A stretch of 38,273 bases of DNA. Source: Pseudomonadota bacterium (lineage in GTDB: Bacteria > Bdellovibrionota_B > Oligoflexia > Oligoflexales > CAIMVM01). The stretch is from assembly GCA_037142195.1 (NCBI GenBank), contig JBAXBA010000031.1, forward strand, positions 1 through 38,273. The letters run 5' to 3'. Under the pieces are notes generated by a model. The model ran no database searches. It was not told where the DNA came from and saw only the letters and a list, made by a program, of their open reading frames with translations. A program made the translations under genes and the position numbers. Shown here piece after piece: positions 26,464 through 36,837 of the stretch (position 1 is its first letter; every line of letters starts with the position of its first letter).

Positions 26464-28803
26464 ATGCCATTTATCTTGTTTGACCAGGTGCCTGACGCCC
26501 AAGAATCTCTAGGTGGCAAAGGATATATTTTAGGCCTATTAACCAAAAAAGGATTCCCCGTTCCCCAGGGCGGTATTTTGACGTCAAAACCAAGCCCTAA
26601 GGAGTGGACTGAGCTCATGGCCTGGTGGACGGAATGTCGCAGGGAACCATTAGCTGTGCGTAGCTCAGCAATTGGAGAAGACAGCGATGAGCATAGCTAT
26701 GCTGGTCAAAATCAATCCTTTCTGAATATTCAAGGTGAGGCCGATCTTAAAGAATCCGTAGAACGTTGTTTTGAATCCATCCACGGAGAGGCGTCAAAAA
26801 CTTATCGCCATTTTTTTGACCAAAAGCCAAGTGGTGGCGCTCAAATGAATGTTGTCATCCAGCTTATGGTGAAACCTAAGTTTTCAGGTGTCTTTTTTTC
26901 CAGGGACCCTCGCGCTAATTCCAGTACTTGGATTATTGAACTTATTGAAGGCTTAGGTGAGGACCTTGTTTCAGGACGCAAAACACCTTACTTTATCACC
27001 TCTGAAAATCGAGCTGGGGTAACAGTTCCAGGCTTAGACACCTTCAACTTTGAAAAGGTCTTACATCTTGGAGAACGCGTAAAAAGCGTTCTAAATTATG
27101 AAGTCGATATGGAGTGGGCCCTCGATCAGAACTTGGAAGTAAAACTCCTTCAAGCAAGACCCGTTACGGCGCTGCGAAGTTTGTCAAATCAAGTAAAAGT
27201 GGTAGAAGCTGAACTCCAAAGATTGAAAGAAGATTATCCGGACAATCCAACGTGGGATGGTCAAACTTTTGCCGAGTGGACCGGATTTCCTAGCTACTTG
27301 ACCTTCAGTTTATGGAGAAATGCATTTTCGCCTCACAATGCCTTTGGAAATTCCTTAAAGACTTTGGGTTACCGCAGTTTTACGGACAAAAAGTCCTACT
27401 CACCCAAAGACTCCCTCTTGGAGCGGGTCTTTGGCCGCGCGTACGTCAACTTAGAGAAGATGAGTGAACTCTACTTTGGACCTATTCCCTTTAGCATCGT
27501 GACTAAACCTAGACCCCATTTAAAATTTGATTTTAAGAAACTGAATCTACAGACGGTACTCTTTACGCCAGTAAGCATGTTTAATATGATAAAAGTAGGC
27601 TTCAGCCTTTCCTCGAAAAGAAGCGAGTGGCTCAAGACCTGTGCTACGGAACTCGTGCAGTTTAGCTCTATGAGAGCGGCAAGTCCTTCTCCAGAAATCT
27701 ATTCCGCTTGGAACGATAAACTGCTTCAAGAAACGTTCTCTAAAGAATGTTCGCGGTTTTCTAAAGAAGATCTCCATTGGCCTCTCGTACTGATTATATT
27801 GACCGAATCTACCATGCAAACGATTTCTTCGATTTTAAAATCGATTGTGGGAGAAAAAGAAGCCCAAAAAATGATTCGCAGATGGATGGGACAAGGCCTA
27901 CAAACGATAACCTCTGAAATGAACCGTACTTTTCAAGAAGCTTGTATGGATCCTTTAAAAAGACCCTTTTTCATGTCTAAATTCGGACACCGTGGGCCAG
28001 GTGAGTTGGATCTTGCAAATCCGAGATGGATAGAGCTTTCCGAGTCTGCTTTTTACAACCTCACAAGTAAAAATTTGGTGGAAAAATCCGAAAACCTAGA
28101 TCCCGTTTCTGATGAAATCAGCCAACTCAAGTCCTTTAAACGCGACATCATCATGCAAGAATGGCGCCTTCTTAAGACCATGTTGGAACTCAGAGAAAAA
28201 TGGAAAATGGAGCTTTTAAAGCCTTATGCCCAGATTCGTTATATGGCGTCAGAGCTTGGCGTTAGAACCAAACTTGGAGCCGATATTCATTGGCTAAGAT
28301 TAAGTGAAATCGAATCTCTGCCTCTCAATGGAAAAGGAAACATTGACCCTAAAATGACCGCCAAAATAGAAGGTAGAAAAATGCGCTTTGAAGTCTTTAA
28401 ACATTTTTCACTTCCCGAGTTTGTATCGGTCTCTGAAATTGAAGGCTTAATTAAAGGCGAAAATACCGAAGACCGAAAGTATTTTGATGGAGAAGCATTA
28501 AGCCCTGGTTTGGTCTTTGGTACCGTCGTAGTCGTCGAAAATCCTTCGGCTACAGATCCTTCTATTTGGCCGGAAAATGCAATTTTAGTAGCGGAAGCCA
28601 CAGACCCCGGTTGGACGCCCCTATTTGCTCGAGCGAAGGGCATCATAGTCGACAAAGGTGGCGTCTTATCCCATTGCGCCATTGTAGCTAGAGAAATGAA
28701 TATTCCAGCAGTCAGCAGAATTAGACAATGTCACAGAATTCTAAAAACAGGCGATCGCGTCTGGGTGGATGGAAATAATGGTAGAATTTCAATTGAATCC
28801 TAA
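26464..28803 (+). CDS. PEP-synthase-like phosphotransferase (PPDK_N ATP-grasp, central substrate domain, C-terminal phospho-His swivel; rifampin-phosphotransferase/PigC architecture)
   Basis: LGGKG, VPQG, AVRSSA.GED...SYAGQ, EGLGEDLVSG, DMEWA, LQARPVT, FGHRG.GELDL..PRW, TDPGWTPLF, GGVLSHCAIVARE. Confidence 0.9.
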   Translation: MPFILFDQVPDAQESLGGKGYILGLLTKKGFPVPQGGILTSKPSPKEWTELMAWWTECRREPLAVRSSAIGEDSDEHSYAGQNQSFLNIQGEADLKESVERCFESIHGEASKTYRHFFDQKPSGGAQMNVVIQLMVKPKFSGVFFSRDPRANSSTWIIELIEGLGEDLVSGRKTPYFITSENRAGVTVPGLDTFNFEKVLHLGERVKSVLNYEVDMEWALDQNLEVKLLQARPVTALRSLSNQVKVVEAELQRLKEDYPDNPTWDGQTFAEWTGFPSYLTFSLWRNAFSPHNAFGNSLKTLGYRSFTDKKSYSPKDSLLERVFGRAYVNLEKMSELYFGPIPFSIVTKPRPHLKFDFKKLNLQTVLFTPVSMFNMIKVGFSLSSKRSEWLKTCATELVQFSSMRAASPSPEIYSAWNDKLLQETFSKECSRFSKEDLHWPLVLIILTESTMQTISSILKSIVGEKEAQKMIRRWMGQGLQTITSEMNRTFQEACMDPLKRPFFMSKFGHRGPGELDLANPRWIELSESAFYNLTSKNLVEKSENLDPVSDEISQLKSFKRDIIMQEWRLLKTMLELREKWKMELLKPYAQIRYMASELGVRTKLGADIHWLRLSEIESLPLNGKGNIDPKMTAKIEGRKMRFEVFKHFSLPEFVSVSEIEGLIKGENTEDRKYFDGEALSPGLVFGTVVVVENPSATDPSIWPENAILVAEATDPGWTPLFARAKGIIVDKGGVLSHCAIVAREMNIPAVSRIRQCHRILKTGDRVWVDGNNGRISIES

Positions 28804-30214
28804 CGAATTTCATAATCTTATCATTCCTACGGTGATGATTCCTCTCACTGCCGTAAGCGTGCTTCTAAGCATTGCTGCTTCTTTTATAGCAGGCCTCTTT
28901 GGAATCACTCTCAGTACAGAAGGCCCTAAAAGATTATTGGAAGTCCTTTTAAAGCCTAAAGTACTTCTTTCTGGACTCGCTCTAAATTTGCTTATTCTAG
29001 GCGGAGTCAAGGGATATGACTATTATAAGAATCTACCTAGATTTATTTGGACGATTGAAAGTGCACAACAGAAATTGACCAAGCCATCTTCTCAAATTTA
29101 CGGAGATAGAAACCAAGTACCTTTAAATTATAGCCAAGCCAGCAGTCCGGAAGCATTTAAGGACTTGAAGGAGATTTGGTCAGCGAAGCTTCCTAAGGGA
29201 AACTTTAGATCTCCCGTGTTTAGTGGCGGTAGTATTTTTTATGGCACTGATGATGGACACGTTTTTGAGCTTTCAGAGACTACAGGTGAAATCCTGCGCA
29301 AGTTTTTTGTCGGAAGTTTTATAACCCCTGAACTGACCATTGATGACTCCACTTTATATGTGGGCGAAGGCACCCATAATACCCACCATGCTCGGGTCTA
29401 TGCCTTTGACCTTAAGACAGGACAGCTGAGAGGGCATTATGGCACAAAGGGTCATACGGAAGGCCAACCAGTTATTGGTAAATGGGGCAGCGAAAAGACA
29501 TTATTTGTTGTTTCCGGATCGGACGGAATCCATGCCGTAGATCCCAACACCATGACAGTAAAGTGGCAAGCGAACGATGGCCACATCGATGCTTCTGTTC
29601 TTCCCTTAAATGGCAAAGTATTTGCCGGTACTGGCCGAGATAAAGGAAACAGTGAAAAATTTAAGACTTTTGCCACGGCTTATGACTTTTCGACAGGAAA
29701 GAAGCTTTGGCAAAACGAGCTACCAGCTTCCAGCTGGATGAGCCCAGTAGCATGGAATGAGTCCGTTTGCTTTGTTTTCGGTGAAGTCTATTTTGCCTCA
29801 GGCATCGGAGGGGTGTATTGCTATAACCAAAAAGATGGAAAGCCGACTCATGCCTTCAACTTGAATGAACCCCAAACAGGCATTCCGATCATTATTGGCA
29901 ACTCCCTAATCTCAACAGGAAGTAATGGAAGGGTCTGCAGTCTCGATTTAACAACCCGATTAGTTTCCTGGTGCTTCGATGTAGAAACCAAGGGAAAGAG
30001 TTTCAGCTCTCCCACTTACTTGCCCATGCTTGACGCTCTGGCTTACAGCTCTATGGATCATGGTCTATGGCTCATCGACTTTAAAACGGGCACAAAAATT
30101 ACAAACTTTACGAAACCTGAATGGAAAACCATCTATGGCGCCTCAGCCGTCAAAGGCAGCTCTATCGCTGTCGGCGATATAGACGGTCATACGTCTCTTT
30201 TCAAAGTAAACTAA
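28769..30214 (+). CDS. Membrane-anchored PQQ-like (BamB-type repeat) beta-propeller protein
   Basis: Two N-terminal hydrophobic segments; repeats VYAFDLKTGQL, AVDPNT..VKW, AYDFSTGKKLW; start could be ATG 28778. Confidence 0.82.
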   Translation: MEIMVEFQLNPNEFHNLIIPTVMIPLTAVSVLLSIAASFIAGLFGITLSTEGPKRLLEVLLKPKVLLSGLALNLLILGGVKGYDYYKNLPRFIWTIESAQQKLTKPSSQIYGDRNQVPLNYSQASSPEAFKDLKEIWSAKLPKGNFRSPVFSGGSIFYGTDDGHVFELSETTGEILRKFFVGSFITPELTIDDSTLYVGEGTHNTHHARVYAFDLKTGQLRGHYGTKGHTEGQPVIGKWGSEKTLFVVSGSDGIHAVDPNTMTVKWQANDGHIDASVLPLNGKVFAGTGRDKGNSEKFKTFATAYDFSTGKKLWQNELPASSWMSPVAWNESVCFVFGEVYFASGIGGVYCYNQKDGKPTHAFNLNEPQTGIPIIIGNSLISTGSNGRVCSLDLTTRLVSWCFDVETKGKSFSSPTYLPMLDALAYSSMDHGLWLIDFKTGTKITNFTKPEWKTIYGASAVKGSSIAVGDIDGHTSLFKVN

Positions 30215-30392
30215 CTCGCTTTAAGGTGGTTTAGAGGCTTCTTCTGTCAAATTCAGCGAAGACTCCGGTAAGAGAGACATATACTTACAAAAGGGACTCT
30301 CTAAGACGGGAGTGCTCCTAGCTACCAACACTTCGATCTTTTGCCAGTGAATAGCGGCCAAAAGACTTCTCGGGGCAGGCCTGGTGGTGACT

Positions 30393-31001
30393 TCAAGCTT
30401 TAGAGTTTTTTCGATGATCTATTCCACTCATAAGCATGCCCACAAAAAGGGGAACCAAATGGGCATGGCTCGTGTCACCATAAAAAATAAAAGCGAAATA
30501 GACAAGGATTCCGATAAAATAGAAAAAGGCACTTTGAAGGGCAATGATGCCGTATCCGAGCACTGCTAGAGTTGCCGAACTAGACCCTAGAATAAAATGC
30601 ATATCGGGACTTACATTGGAAAAAAAGACTAAAAGAATGCCAAGAATATGTCCCAAACAAAACACCTGAACAAACTTAGCCTTGCCTCTTGCGTGCTCCA
30701 AGTAAAGCCCGAAACCCAACAACCAGAAGAGATTAGATATCAAATGTAGAGTACTAGAATGCACAAATGCAGAAGTGAAAAGGTTTAAGCCAAAGTAGCG
30801 GAAGGGGTGTCGAGTATCAAACGCCATCAACTCTATAAAAGGATCTGCCAGTTGTGCAGCAAAAAGCCCACGATTTTCTGTTAAAAAATTCAGAAAAATC
30901 ATCACGAGCACAAAAACTGAGGTGAGCCCTTTAAAATTTCTAAGCCAACCCAAAACCAGTTGGCGATCCGTATGATATTGCAACTCTACCTCTCGAATCA
31001 T
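30393..31001 (-). CDS. Rhomboid-family intramembrane serine protease
   Basis: LFTSAFVH...HLISN, LGSS (catalytic Ser), SHAHL (catalytic His), about 6 TMs. Confidence 0.8.
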   Translation of the reverse strand: MIREVELQYHTDRQLVLGWLRNFKGLTSVFVLVMIFLNFLTENRGLFAAQLADPFIELMAFDTRHPFRYFGLNLFTSAFVHSSTLHLISNLFWLLGFGLYLEHARGKAKFVQVFCLGHILGILLVFFSNVSPDMHFILGSSSATLAVLGYGIIALQSAFFYFIGILVYFAFIFYGDTSHAHLVPLFVGMLMSGIDHRKNSKA

Positions 31002-31093
31002 AACGTTTTATGTTTGACCGCTGGTAGCGCCGTCATGGAGGCTCAATGGGGATCGAACATAACCTATTTGAGAAAAAATAGGGTTTCAAGTAC

Positions 31094-31180
31094 TGGTGCC
31101 GAGAGCGAGACTCGAACTCGCACATTGCCAAGCAACGGTGGATTTTGAATCCACTGCGTCTACCATTCCGCCATCTCGGC
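31094..31180 (-). tRNA. tRNA-Leu(CAA), long variable arm, encoded CCA
   Basis: GCCGAGA...TCTCGGC ACCA acceptor stem; anticodon arm GTGGA-TTCAAAA-TCCAC; T arm GCGAG-TTCGAGT-CTCGC. Confidence 0.97.
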
Positions 31181-31193
31181 TTGAGAGACAGGG

Positions 31194-31222
31194 ATACTAT
31201 AATGTCTTTCCCCAAATGTCTA
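31194..31222 (-). promoter_or_regulatory. Putative sigma70 promoter of tRNA-Leu
   Basis: Minus strand TAGACA-N17-TAGTAT just upstream of the tRNA. Confidence 0.5.
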
Positions 31223-31311
31223 CACGTTCTTTGTTGCCGTTTTAAAATTGATCTTAAACGGGATTTGTGATTCCATTGCCCTAAATGTTTACAATTTGAA
31301 GGGAAATTGAC

Positions 31312-31860
31312 ATGAATCCACTATCTCTTTATTTCACAGTCCTATTAATGACCGTTTCCCAACTGTCCAGCGCAGCTGAAAAAACGGATCCCAAAAAGAA
31401 AAAAAACCACAGAAAAGCCGCTGCACACGTCCATGGCAGTTCTGAGCTGAACATCGTGGCATCTGCAAATGAGTTTTCGGTAACTGGCTCCTTGCCCATG
31501 GATGACATCGCAGGATTTGAAAGAGCCCCCCATAACGAGACCGAGAGTGCCGCAATTAAAAGCGCCTTTGATCTGATTAAGGCCGGAAAATTAGTAGGTC
31601 CGGAAAACGCCGACTGCAAAATCACGGACCCAAAGGTTTTTGTGGATCCTACTTTTGATAAAAGCATCAGCCATTATGAAATAGATATTGACCTATCATG
31701 GAGCTGCCAGAGCCCTGTGAAGAATATTACAGTAGAGGGGTTTAATACCTTTAAAAATATTAATGCCTTGAAGTTTTTAGTATTGGATCAAGGGAAACAA
31801 ACATCCCTTTCGCTCAAACGATCAGATCAAAAAACATTAGTTCCCTTGTCAAAAAAGTAG
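31312..31860 (+). CDS. zrgA: ZrgA-like (DUF2796) periplasmic zinc-uptake protein
   Basis: Signal peptide; AAHVHG, DIAGFERAP, paired Cys; first gene of the ABC operon. Confidence 0.8.
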   Translation: MNPLSLYFTVLLMTVSQLSSAAEKTDPKKKKNHRKAAAHVHGSSELNIVASANEFSVTGSLPMDDIAGFERAPHNETESAAIKSAFDLIKAGKLVGPENADCKITDPKVFVDPTFDKSISHYEIDIDLSWSCQSPVKNITVEGFNTFKNINALKFLVLDQGKQTSLSLKRSDQKTLVPLSKK

Positions 31861-31918
31861 AGCAAATCTAGGTTCATTAACGCAGTCCTGATCTCCCCAA
31901 TAGAGAAAGGCAAAAAAG

Positions 31919-32605
31919 ATGACTCAGCCCTTAATTAGGCTTTCTGAGCTAAAGTATCGTTGGAAACCCAACCTACCCTTGGTTATTGACATTAAAGAGC
32001 TCACCATCTTTAAGGGAGAAAAAGTTTTTATCTATGGACCCAGCGGATCAGGCAAGACGACATTGTTAGGGCTCTTCGGCGGGGTTATTTCTCCAGACTC
32101 TGGATCTCTGGAAATTCTTGGCCAAGATATGAAAAAACTAAGCAGCGGAGCGCGAGATCAGTTCCGCGCAGATCATATTGGTTTTATTTTCCAACAATTT
32201 AACCTGATTCCTTATCTCAATGTTTTAGAAAATGTCCTACTCCCACTTAAATTTTCTAAGTCCAAGCAGCGCTCCCTAGCTGATAGCACTGATGAGGCTC
32301 GTACCTTTCTATCTCGCTTAGGTATTCCTGAAAGCCATCTTAAGAAGAAAGTATTTGAACTCAGCGTCGGTCAGCAACAGCGAGTCGCAGCCGCCCGCGC
32401 CATGATAGGCTCTCCTGAAATCGTCATCGCTGATGAACCGACTTCTGCCTTAGATGCAGATATGAGAGATAAATTTGTCGATGTTTTGGAAGAGCTTGCC
32501 TCCAGCTGCGGCTCTACCCTAGTCTTTGTCAGCCACGACCACAGTTTAAGTAGGTTGTTTGATCGCAAAATCGATCTTCCTGCACTTAACCAACTAGGAC
32601 GGTGA
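31919..32605 (+). CDS. ABC transporter ATP-binding protein (ZrgB-like)
   Basis: GPSGSGKT, IFQQFNL, LSVGQQQRVAAARA, ADEPTSALD, VSHD. Confidence 0.95.
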   Translation: MTQPLIRLSELKYRWKPNLPLVIDIKELTIFKGEKVFIYGPSGSGKTTLLGLFGGVISPDSGSLEILGQDMKKLSSGARDQFRADHIGFIFQQFNLIPYLNVLENVLLPLKFSKSKQRSLADSTDEARTFLSRLGIPESHLKKKVFELSVGQQQRVAAARAMIGSPEIVIADEPTSALDADMRDKFVDVLEELASSCGSTLVFVSHDHSLSRLFDRKIDLPALNQLGR

Positions 32606-32608
32606 AAG

Positions 32609-33865
32609 ATGCTGAAAAACATATTTAGATTGACTCTAAAGTCCATGCTTAACCGTAAAGTCACCTCGGCTTTAACGATTTTTAGCGTTGCCTGTTCCAT
32701 TGCCATTTTACTAACCGTTAGAAAAATGAAAGATGCCGCTCGCAGCAGCTTTGAGTCTACCATATCTGATGTGGATCTTATCTTGGGAGCAAGATCAAGC
32801 GATATAAATCTCATGCTCTATTCGGTTTTTCGAATTGGAAATGCCACCAACAATATAACTTGGCAGAGCTACCAAGACATTGCCTCAAGGCCGGAAGTGG
32901 ACTGGATCATCCCGTTTCAACTTGGGGACAGTCACAAAGGCTTTCGCGTTTTAGGCACGACCCTGTCCTATTTCGAGCATTTTAAATACGGCAAAGGGCA
33001 AGCGCTTCAGTTTAGCTCCGGCAAAAGATTTTCTCAAATTAACGAAGTCGTTTTGGGATCTGAAGTAGCAAAGAAACTTAGCTACACAGTGGGCAGCAGG
33101 ATTTACCTTTCCCATGGTGTAAGTGAAGCCAGTTTTCAAGAACATAAAGAAATTCATTTTGTCGTTACAGGCATTTTGCAGCCGACAGGCACTCCCGTCG
33201 ATAGGACTGTTCATACGACTCTAGAAGCGATAGAGGCTATCCATAGGGGCTGGGAAAGCGGCGCTCCACCGCTCGAAGCTCAAACGGCAAGCACTTCTGA
33301 AACCTTTTCCATCAACCAAATCACTTCGGCTATGATTGGCCTTAAGCAAAAGGCCACCGTTTTTAAGGTTCTCAGGTACATTAACGAATATTCTGAAGAG
33401 CCCTTACAAGGCGTGATGCCTGGGGTCGCTTTTATGCAACTTTGGAATATAGTAGGAGTTGTGGAAACCGCATTCGTTGCAGTGTCTTATTTAGTGCTAC
33501 TTTCCGGTTTGATCGGCATGGTTACAGCGCTGCTCACTTCCCTTGCGGAGAGACGGCGCGAGATGGCTATTCTACGAGCTCTTGGGGCTCGGCCACGGGA
33601 TATTTTGCTGCTTCTTCTAGTAGAAACTGCAGCACTTGTCAGCTTTGCAGCGCTGCTGTCAAGCCTATTTTTGCTCCTTGCGATGTATATATTGTCACCG
33701 TGGCTTGCCTCAGAATTTGGGCTCCACCTAAATCTGACCGAGATAAACCTAGACGATGTAAAGATTCTTGTTTTTGTGATTCTCTCGGGTATGTTGGCAG
33801 GAATGATTCCTGCTTTAAGTGCCTACAGAAATTCCCTTGCTGACGGACTAACTATAAGGACCTAA
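32609..33865 (+). CDS. ABC transporter permease, MacB/FtsX type (ZrgC-like)
   Basis: LLTSLAERRREMAILRALGARP; LYSVFRIGNATNNI; LGDSHKGFRV. Confidence 0.92.
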   Translation: MLKNIFRLTLKSMLNRKVTSALTIFSVACSIAILLTVRKMKDAARSSFESTISDVDLILGARSSDINLMLYSVFRIGNATNNITWQSYQDIASRPEVDWIIPFQLGDSHKGFRVLGTTLSYFEHFKYGKGQALQFSSGKRFSQINEVVLGSEVAKKLSYTVGSRIYLSHGVSEASFQEHKEIHFVVTGILQPTGTPVDRTVHTTLEAIEAIHRGWESGAPPLEAQTASTSETFSINQITSAMIGLKQKATVFKVLRYINEYSEEPLQGVMPGVAFMQLWNIVGVVETAFVAVSYLVLLSGLIGMVTALLTSLAERRREMAILRALGARPRDILLLLLVETAALVSFAALLSSLFLLLAMYILSPWLASEFGLHLNLTEINLDDVKILVFVILSGMLAGMIPALSAYRNSLADGLTIRT

Positions 33866-33868
33866 ACC

Positions 33869-34360
33869 TTGAAAAAGAAAATATGGATCGGGATCGGTGG
33901 AGTTAGCCTCATTTTCTTAGGCGCATTTATACCGACTTTTATGAAATCTAAAAATCTAGAGAATTCTCCTTCCAGCAATAGCCAGGGCCCCATTGTCGAA
34001 CTTACCTGGATGGACCTCCAAAAGCTCGACCTTAAGACGGGGAAACTCCCTGATGATATTGCTAAGAAACTAACCGGCTCTGTAAAGCTACCTGGCTTTA
34101 TTGTACCTCTTGAGACAAATATCGAAGAGTCTACACATTTTCTCTTTGTTCCCAATCAAGCCTATTGTGTCCATGTTCCTCCCCCGCCAGCGAATTTGAT
34201 GGTCGAAGTGAAATCGCGAGACCCCGTCAAAAATAAAGAACTTCAGGGTCCTATTTGGCTTGAAGGATTTATTACCCTAGAAAACAGTCAAAATCAATTT
34301 GGCACAGCGGCTTGGCAGTTTAAAGGTGTAAAGCATTACGCTTACGAGCTCCCCAAGTAG
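33869..34360 (+). CDS. DUF3299-family protein (ZrgD-like)
   Basis: LTWMDL, VKLPGFIVPLE, CVHVPPPPAN, PIWLEG. Confidence 0.88.
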   Translation: MKKKIWIGIGGVSLIFLGAFIPTFMKSKNLENSPSSNSQGPIVELTWMDLQKLDLKTGKLPDDIAKKLTGSVKLPGFIVPLETNIEESTHFLFVPNQAYCVHVPPPPANLMVEVKSRDPVKNKELQGPIWLEGFITLENSQNQFGTAAWQFKGVKHYAYELPK

Positions 34361-34768
34361 TTTCTTCCATGAACATGCTGTTGGAGGTTTTTCAATTGAT
34401 CTGCCGACAAGACAAATTTCAAGACCAAAGTCTGGAAAACTTTAGTATTGAGAATAGTCCAGGCGCATTAGGAGCCTTTTTGAGTTTGGCTCCACAGAAG
34501 ATCTATTGGAAAGCATGTCCACCATGGGATGACTGACATCTATGGGTAGGGCGGAGCTTTGCTTAAAAACAATGTTCACGCGGTTTAGCCTAGGCAAACG
34601 CCTCTTTATAGGAATGGCTGATGCTTACAAAACAAACTGAGCCCTTCATTCTGGACCTAAAATTGCTTCGAAGCTCACAGTTAAGCAAAGTCGCTGCTAA
34701 TCTATACAGCCCGCGGCAAAAGGGTTATACTTGGAAGAGTGGCTTGATTTTCCTACTTACTTTCTCAC

Positions 34769-35485
34769 CTATTTTTGGTTTCTTACAAGTTCATGAAGTG
34801 CGAGGTCTTCTTGACCCATAGTTTGCAATCTAGCTCTATGGCTTGGGTGAAGATCTTTTCTAACAAGCGGTTCTTCGCCGTCTTCAAGATTCGATATAGT
34901 TCGCCAGCGGAAGAATTTCTTGTTAGCAAGTTTTAGTATTTCAAAGTCCTCATTTGTATCTCCGTATGCATAGATGTCGTGAAAGACGTTGAGATCATAT
35001 TTCTTGCGAATTCGAGCTGCTTTTGTCGCTCCGGTGCAATCGCCACCGCGATACTGACCCGTAAAAACTCCATTTAAGGATTCCAGTTCGGTGCAAATGA
35101 GGTCAACTTCCAATTTGTTGCACCAATCAGATAAGTAAAGGCTTAGCGATGCTGAAACCACAACTACAATATCACCCCGATTCTTATGCCACTCAATTCT
35201 TTCAATAGCCTTTGGTCTTACTAATTTGCCAAGATGATCGCGAGAGTATTTTTTTCCTATATTTAAAACATCGGTCTCTTTTTCTCCAAAAAAACCAAGC
35301 ATAATCAGACTCCTTCGAAGAGGGCTGGCCGCTAGAAGATTCCATTTATAAGCTAAAATAAGCGGGCTTAAAATAGCAGCAGCAAATGCAAGTCGAGTAG
35401 GGGGTATGGCGAAGCGAAGAAAAGGAGTGAAAGATTCTGAGTTTGTGATGGTCCCGTCAAAATCAAAGATGGCGAGACTTTGCAA
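34769..35485 (-). CDS. HAD-IB family hydrolase
   Basis: AIFDFDGTIT, VVVSAS, K motif (GATKA), YAYGDT..D; start placed at TTG 35485 behind GGGAG. Confidence 0.88.
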   Translation of the reverse strand: MQSLAIFDFDGTITNSESFTPFLRFAIPPTRLAFAAAILSPLILAYKWNLLAASPLRRSLIMLGFFGEKETDVLNIGKKYSRDHLGKLVRPKAIERIEWHKNRGDIVVVVSASLSLYLSDWCNKLEVDLICTELESLNGVFTGQYRGGDCTGATKAARIRKKYDLNVFHDIYAYGDTNEDFEILKLANKKFFRWRTISNLEDGEEPLVRKDLHPSHRARLQTMGQEDLALHELVRNQK

Positions 35486-35518
35486 TATCCGCTCCCGTAA
35501 ACGATTCAGTAAGAGTGA

Positions 35519-36571
35519 TTGACTTGTTTCCATAGTACAAGAGTTATCGCTGCGATGTCAATAAAACTTTACAATTTTTGTGTGCATTTTTGGAATGCTG
35601 GTAAGTCTTTTTCTCGCAAGTACCAACAGCCTTTTTTACTGAGCCCGTTCATCAGTGGATTTACGGGTCATAATTGTTTAAATCCGTTTAAGGGTTTAGA
35701 TTCTAGGCGCTTACTTAAACCACGACGGGGAGATTTGTACCATCCCCTTAGTGATAGTCTGTTGGTAGGCACTTACCATGGCCGGGCAGAAAGTCTGTCC
35801 ATCGTAGCGAATCCTAGAAATGATATCATCCTTGAGTTCGACCGCATGAAGACCTTGCTTCCGACCGAAAAAGATTCAGCACCTTATGGCTACCAGAGCC
35901 CCGAGAGTCTTTATGCCTCCATCCAGCCAGAGGGGGGAAGCTCTTATGTTTTGCAAGGTTAAAGACTTAGACTCCTATTCTAATCGCCATTCTAAACCGC
36001 TCGCTAAAACCCAGGTCACCACAAATGAAATTCCTTCGAATGAGATTCCAAAAGCTTTGGAAGCTTACTTCTTAAATAAGGAGGGAAGCTCTCTCAAGGC
36101 AGACGCAAATAGAAGTACATTTTCATTCAAGATAGAAGAAGATCTTGCAGGCAAATCTCTTGATTATTTGCACTTGAGGTTTCGCGGTCGTTTGCGAATG
36201 GGCGAACTTTCAAGTCCTTTCAAAGTAGCGGCCTCCACCCTAGTGCCCTTTCAGCTGCCAGAATGGATCAGTAAATACTATCAAGAAATACTTTGGCATC
36301 TAATTGATGCGCATTTTAAGAATAAGAACGTTTCCCCCTGGTCGGGATGATTCCCGTCTTTAATTTACTAGTATTTTGTCGCTTAGCGACGGCGATGCTT
36401 GCCGCTGAGATTCAAAACAATTACCGCAGTATCTCCATTTTTAAAGCTCTCTTTCTGTCCTTCTTGCCACCAGCCGGGGTTTATTATTTAGAAAGAGCCG
36501 CTCAAAAGCATTGGATCAGCCATTTGAAGCATATTCAGCAGACGCACGGGAAGAAAACGAAAACCTCCTAG
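35519..36571 (+). pseudogene. Chain of three overlapping ORFs, possibly one frameshifted membrane-protein gene
   Basis: ORFs 35519-35962, 35886-36350 and 36347-36571 can be joined at G runs (35932-35937 and 36344-36346); true 5' end unclear. Confidence 0.35.
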
Positions 36572-36837
36572 GTGTTATCAATAAGGATGATTTTTAAGAG
36601 GCGGAAATTTAAAAGACGTTTTATTTGGCCTATTTGCTGGCACATAAAGCCGCAAAAAATAGGTCCTAAAACACAATCTCTTTATCCTGCCAGTTCGGTA
36701 TTCGTATGTCGGCTCACCCTAACTCCAGAGATCTCCAGAAACCTTCATCAGATTGCCATGAGGCAATAACGGACTATGTCTGATATTTTCACTAGTTTAA
36801 GTGTTTAAGCCGAGGCCAAGTTTTTCGCGCAAAAAAG

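Noticed and set aside
26464..28803. Calling it ppsA or rph
   Set aside because: Lacks the C-terminal pyruvate-binding barrel of PpsA; rifamycin specificity cannot be inferred and no RAE-like element was recognised
28769..30214. Calling it bamB
   Set aside because: No lipobox, two N-terminal TM segments and no hisS/der context
30255..30315. Imperfect long hairpin between convergent genes as an ncRNA
   Set aside because: Several mismatches, large loop, no U tail; not distinguishable from chance
31094..31180. tRNA-Leu as an integration site with a flanking island
   Set aside because: No duplicate of the tRNA 3' end and no integrase were noticed in the window
34361..34768. Small ORFs or RNA element between the zrg operon and the HAD gene
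   Set aside because: No convincing start signals, motifs or stable structure
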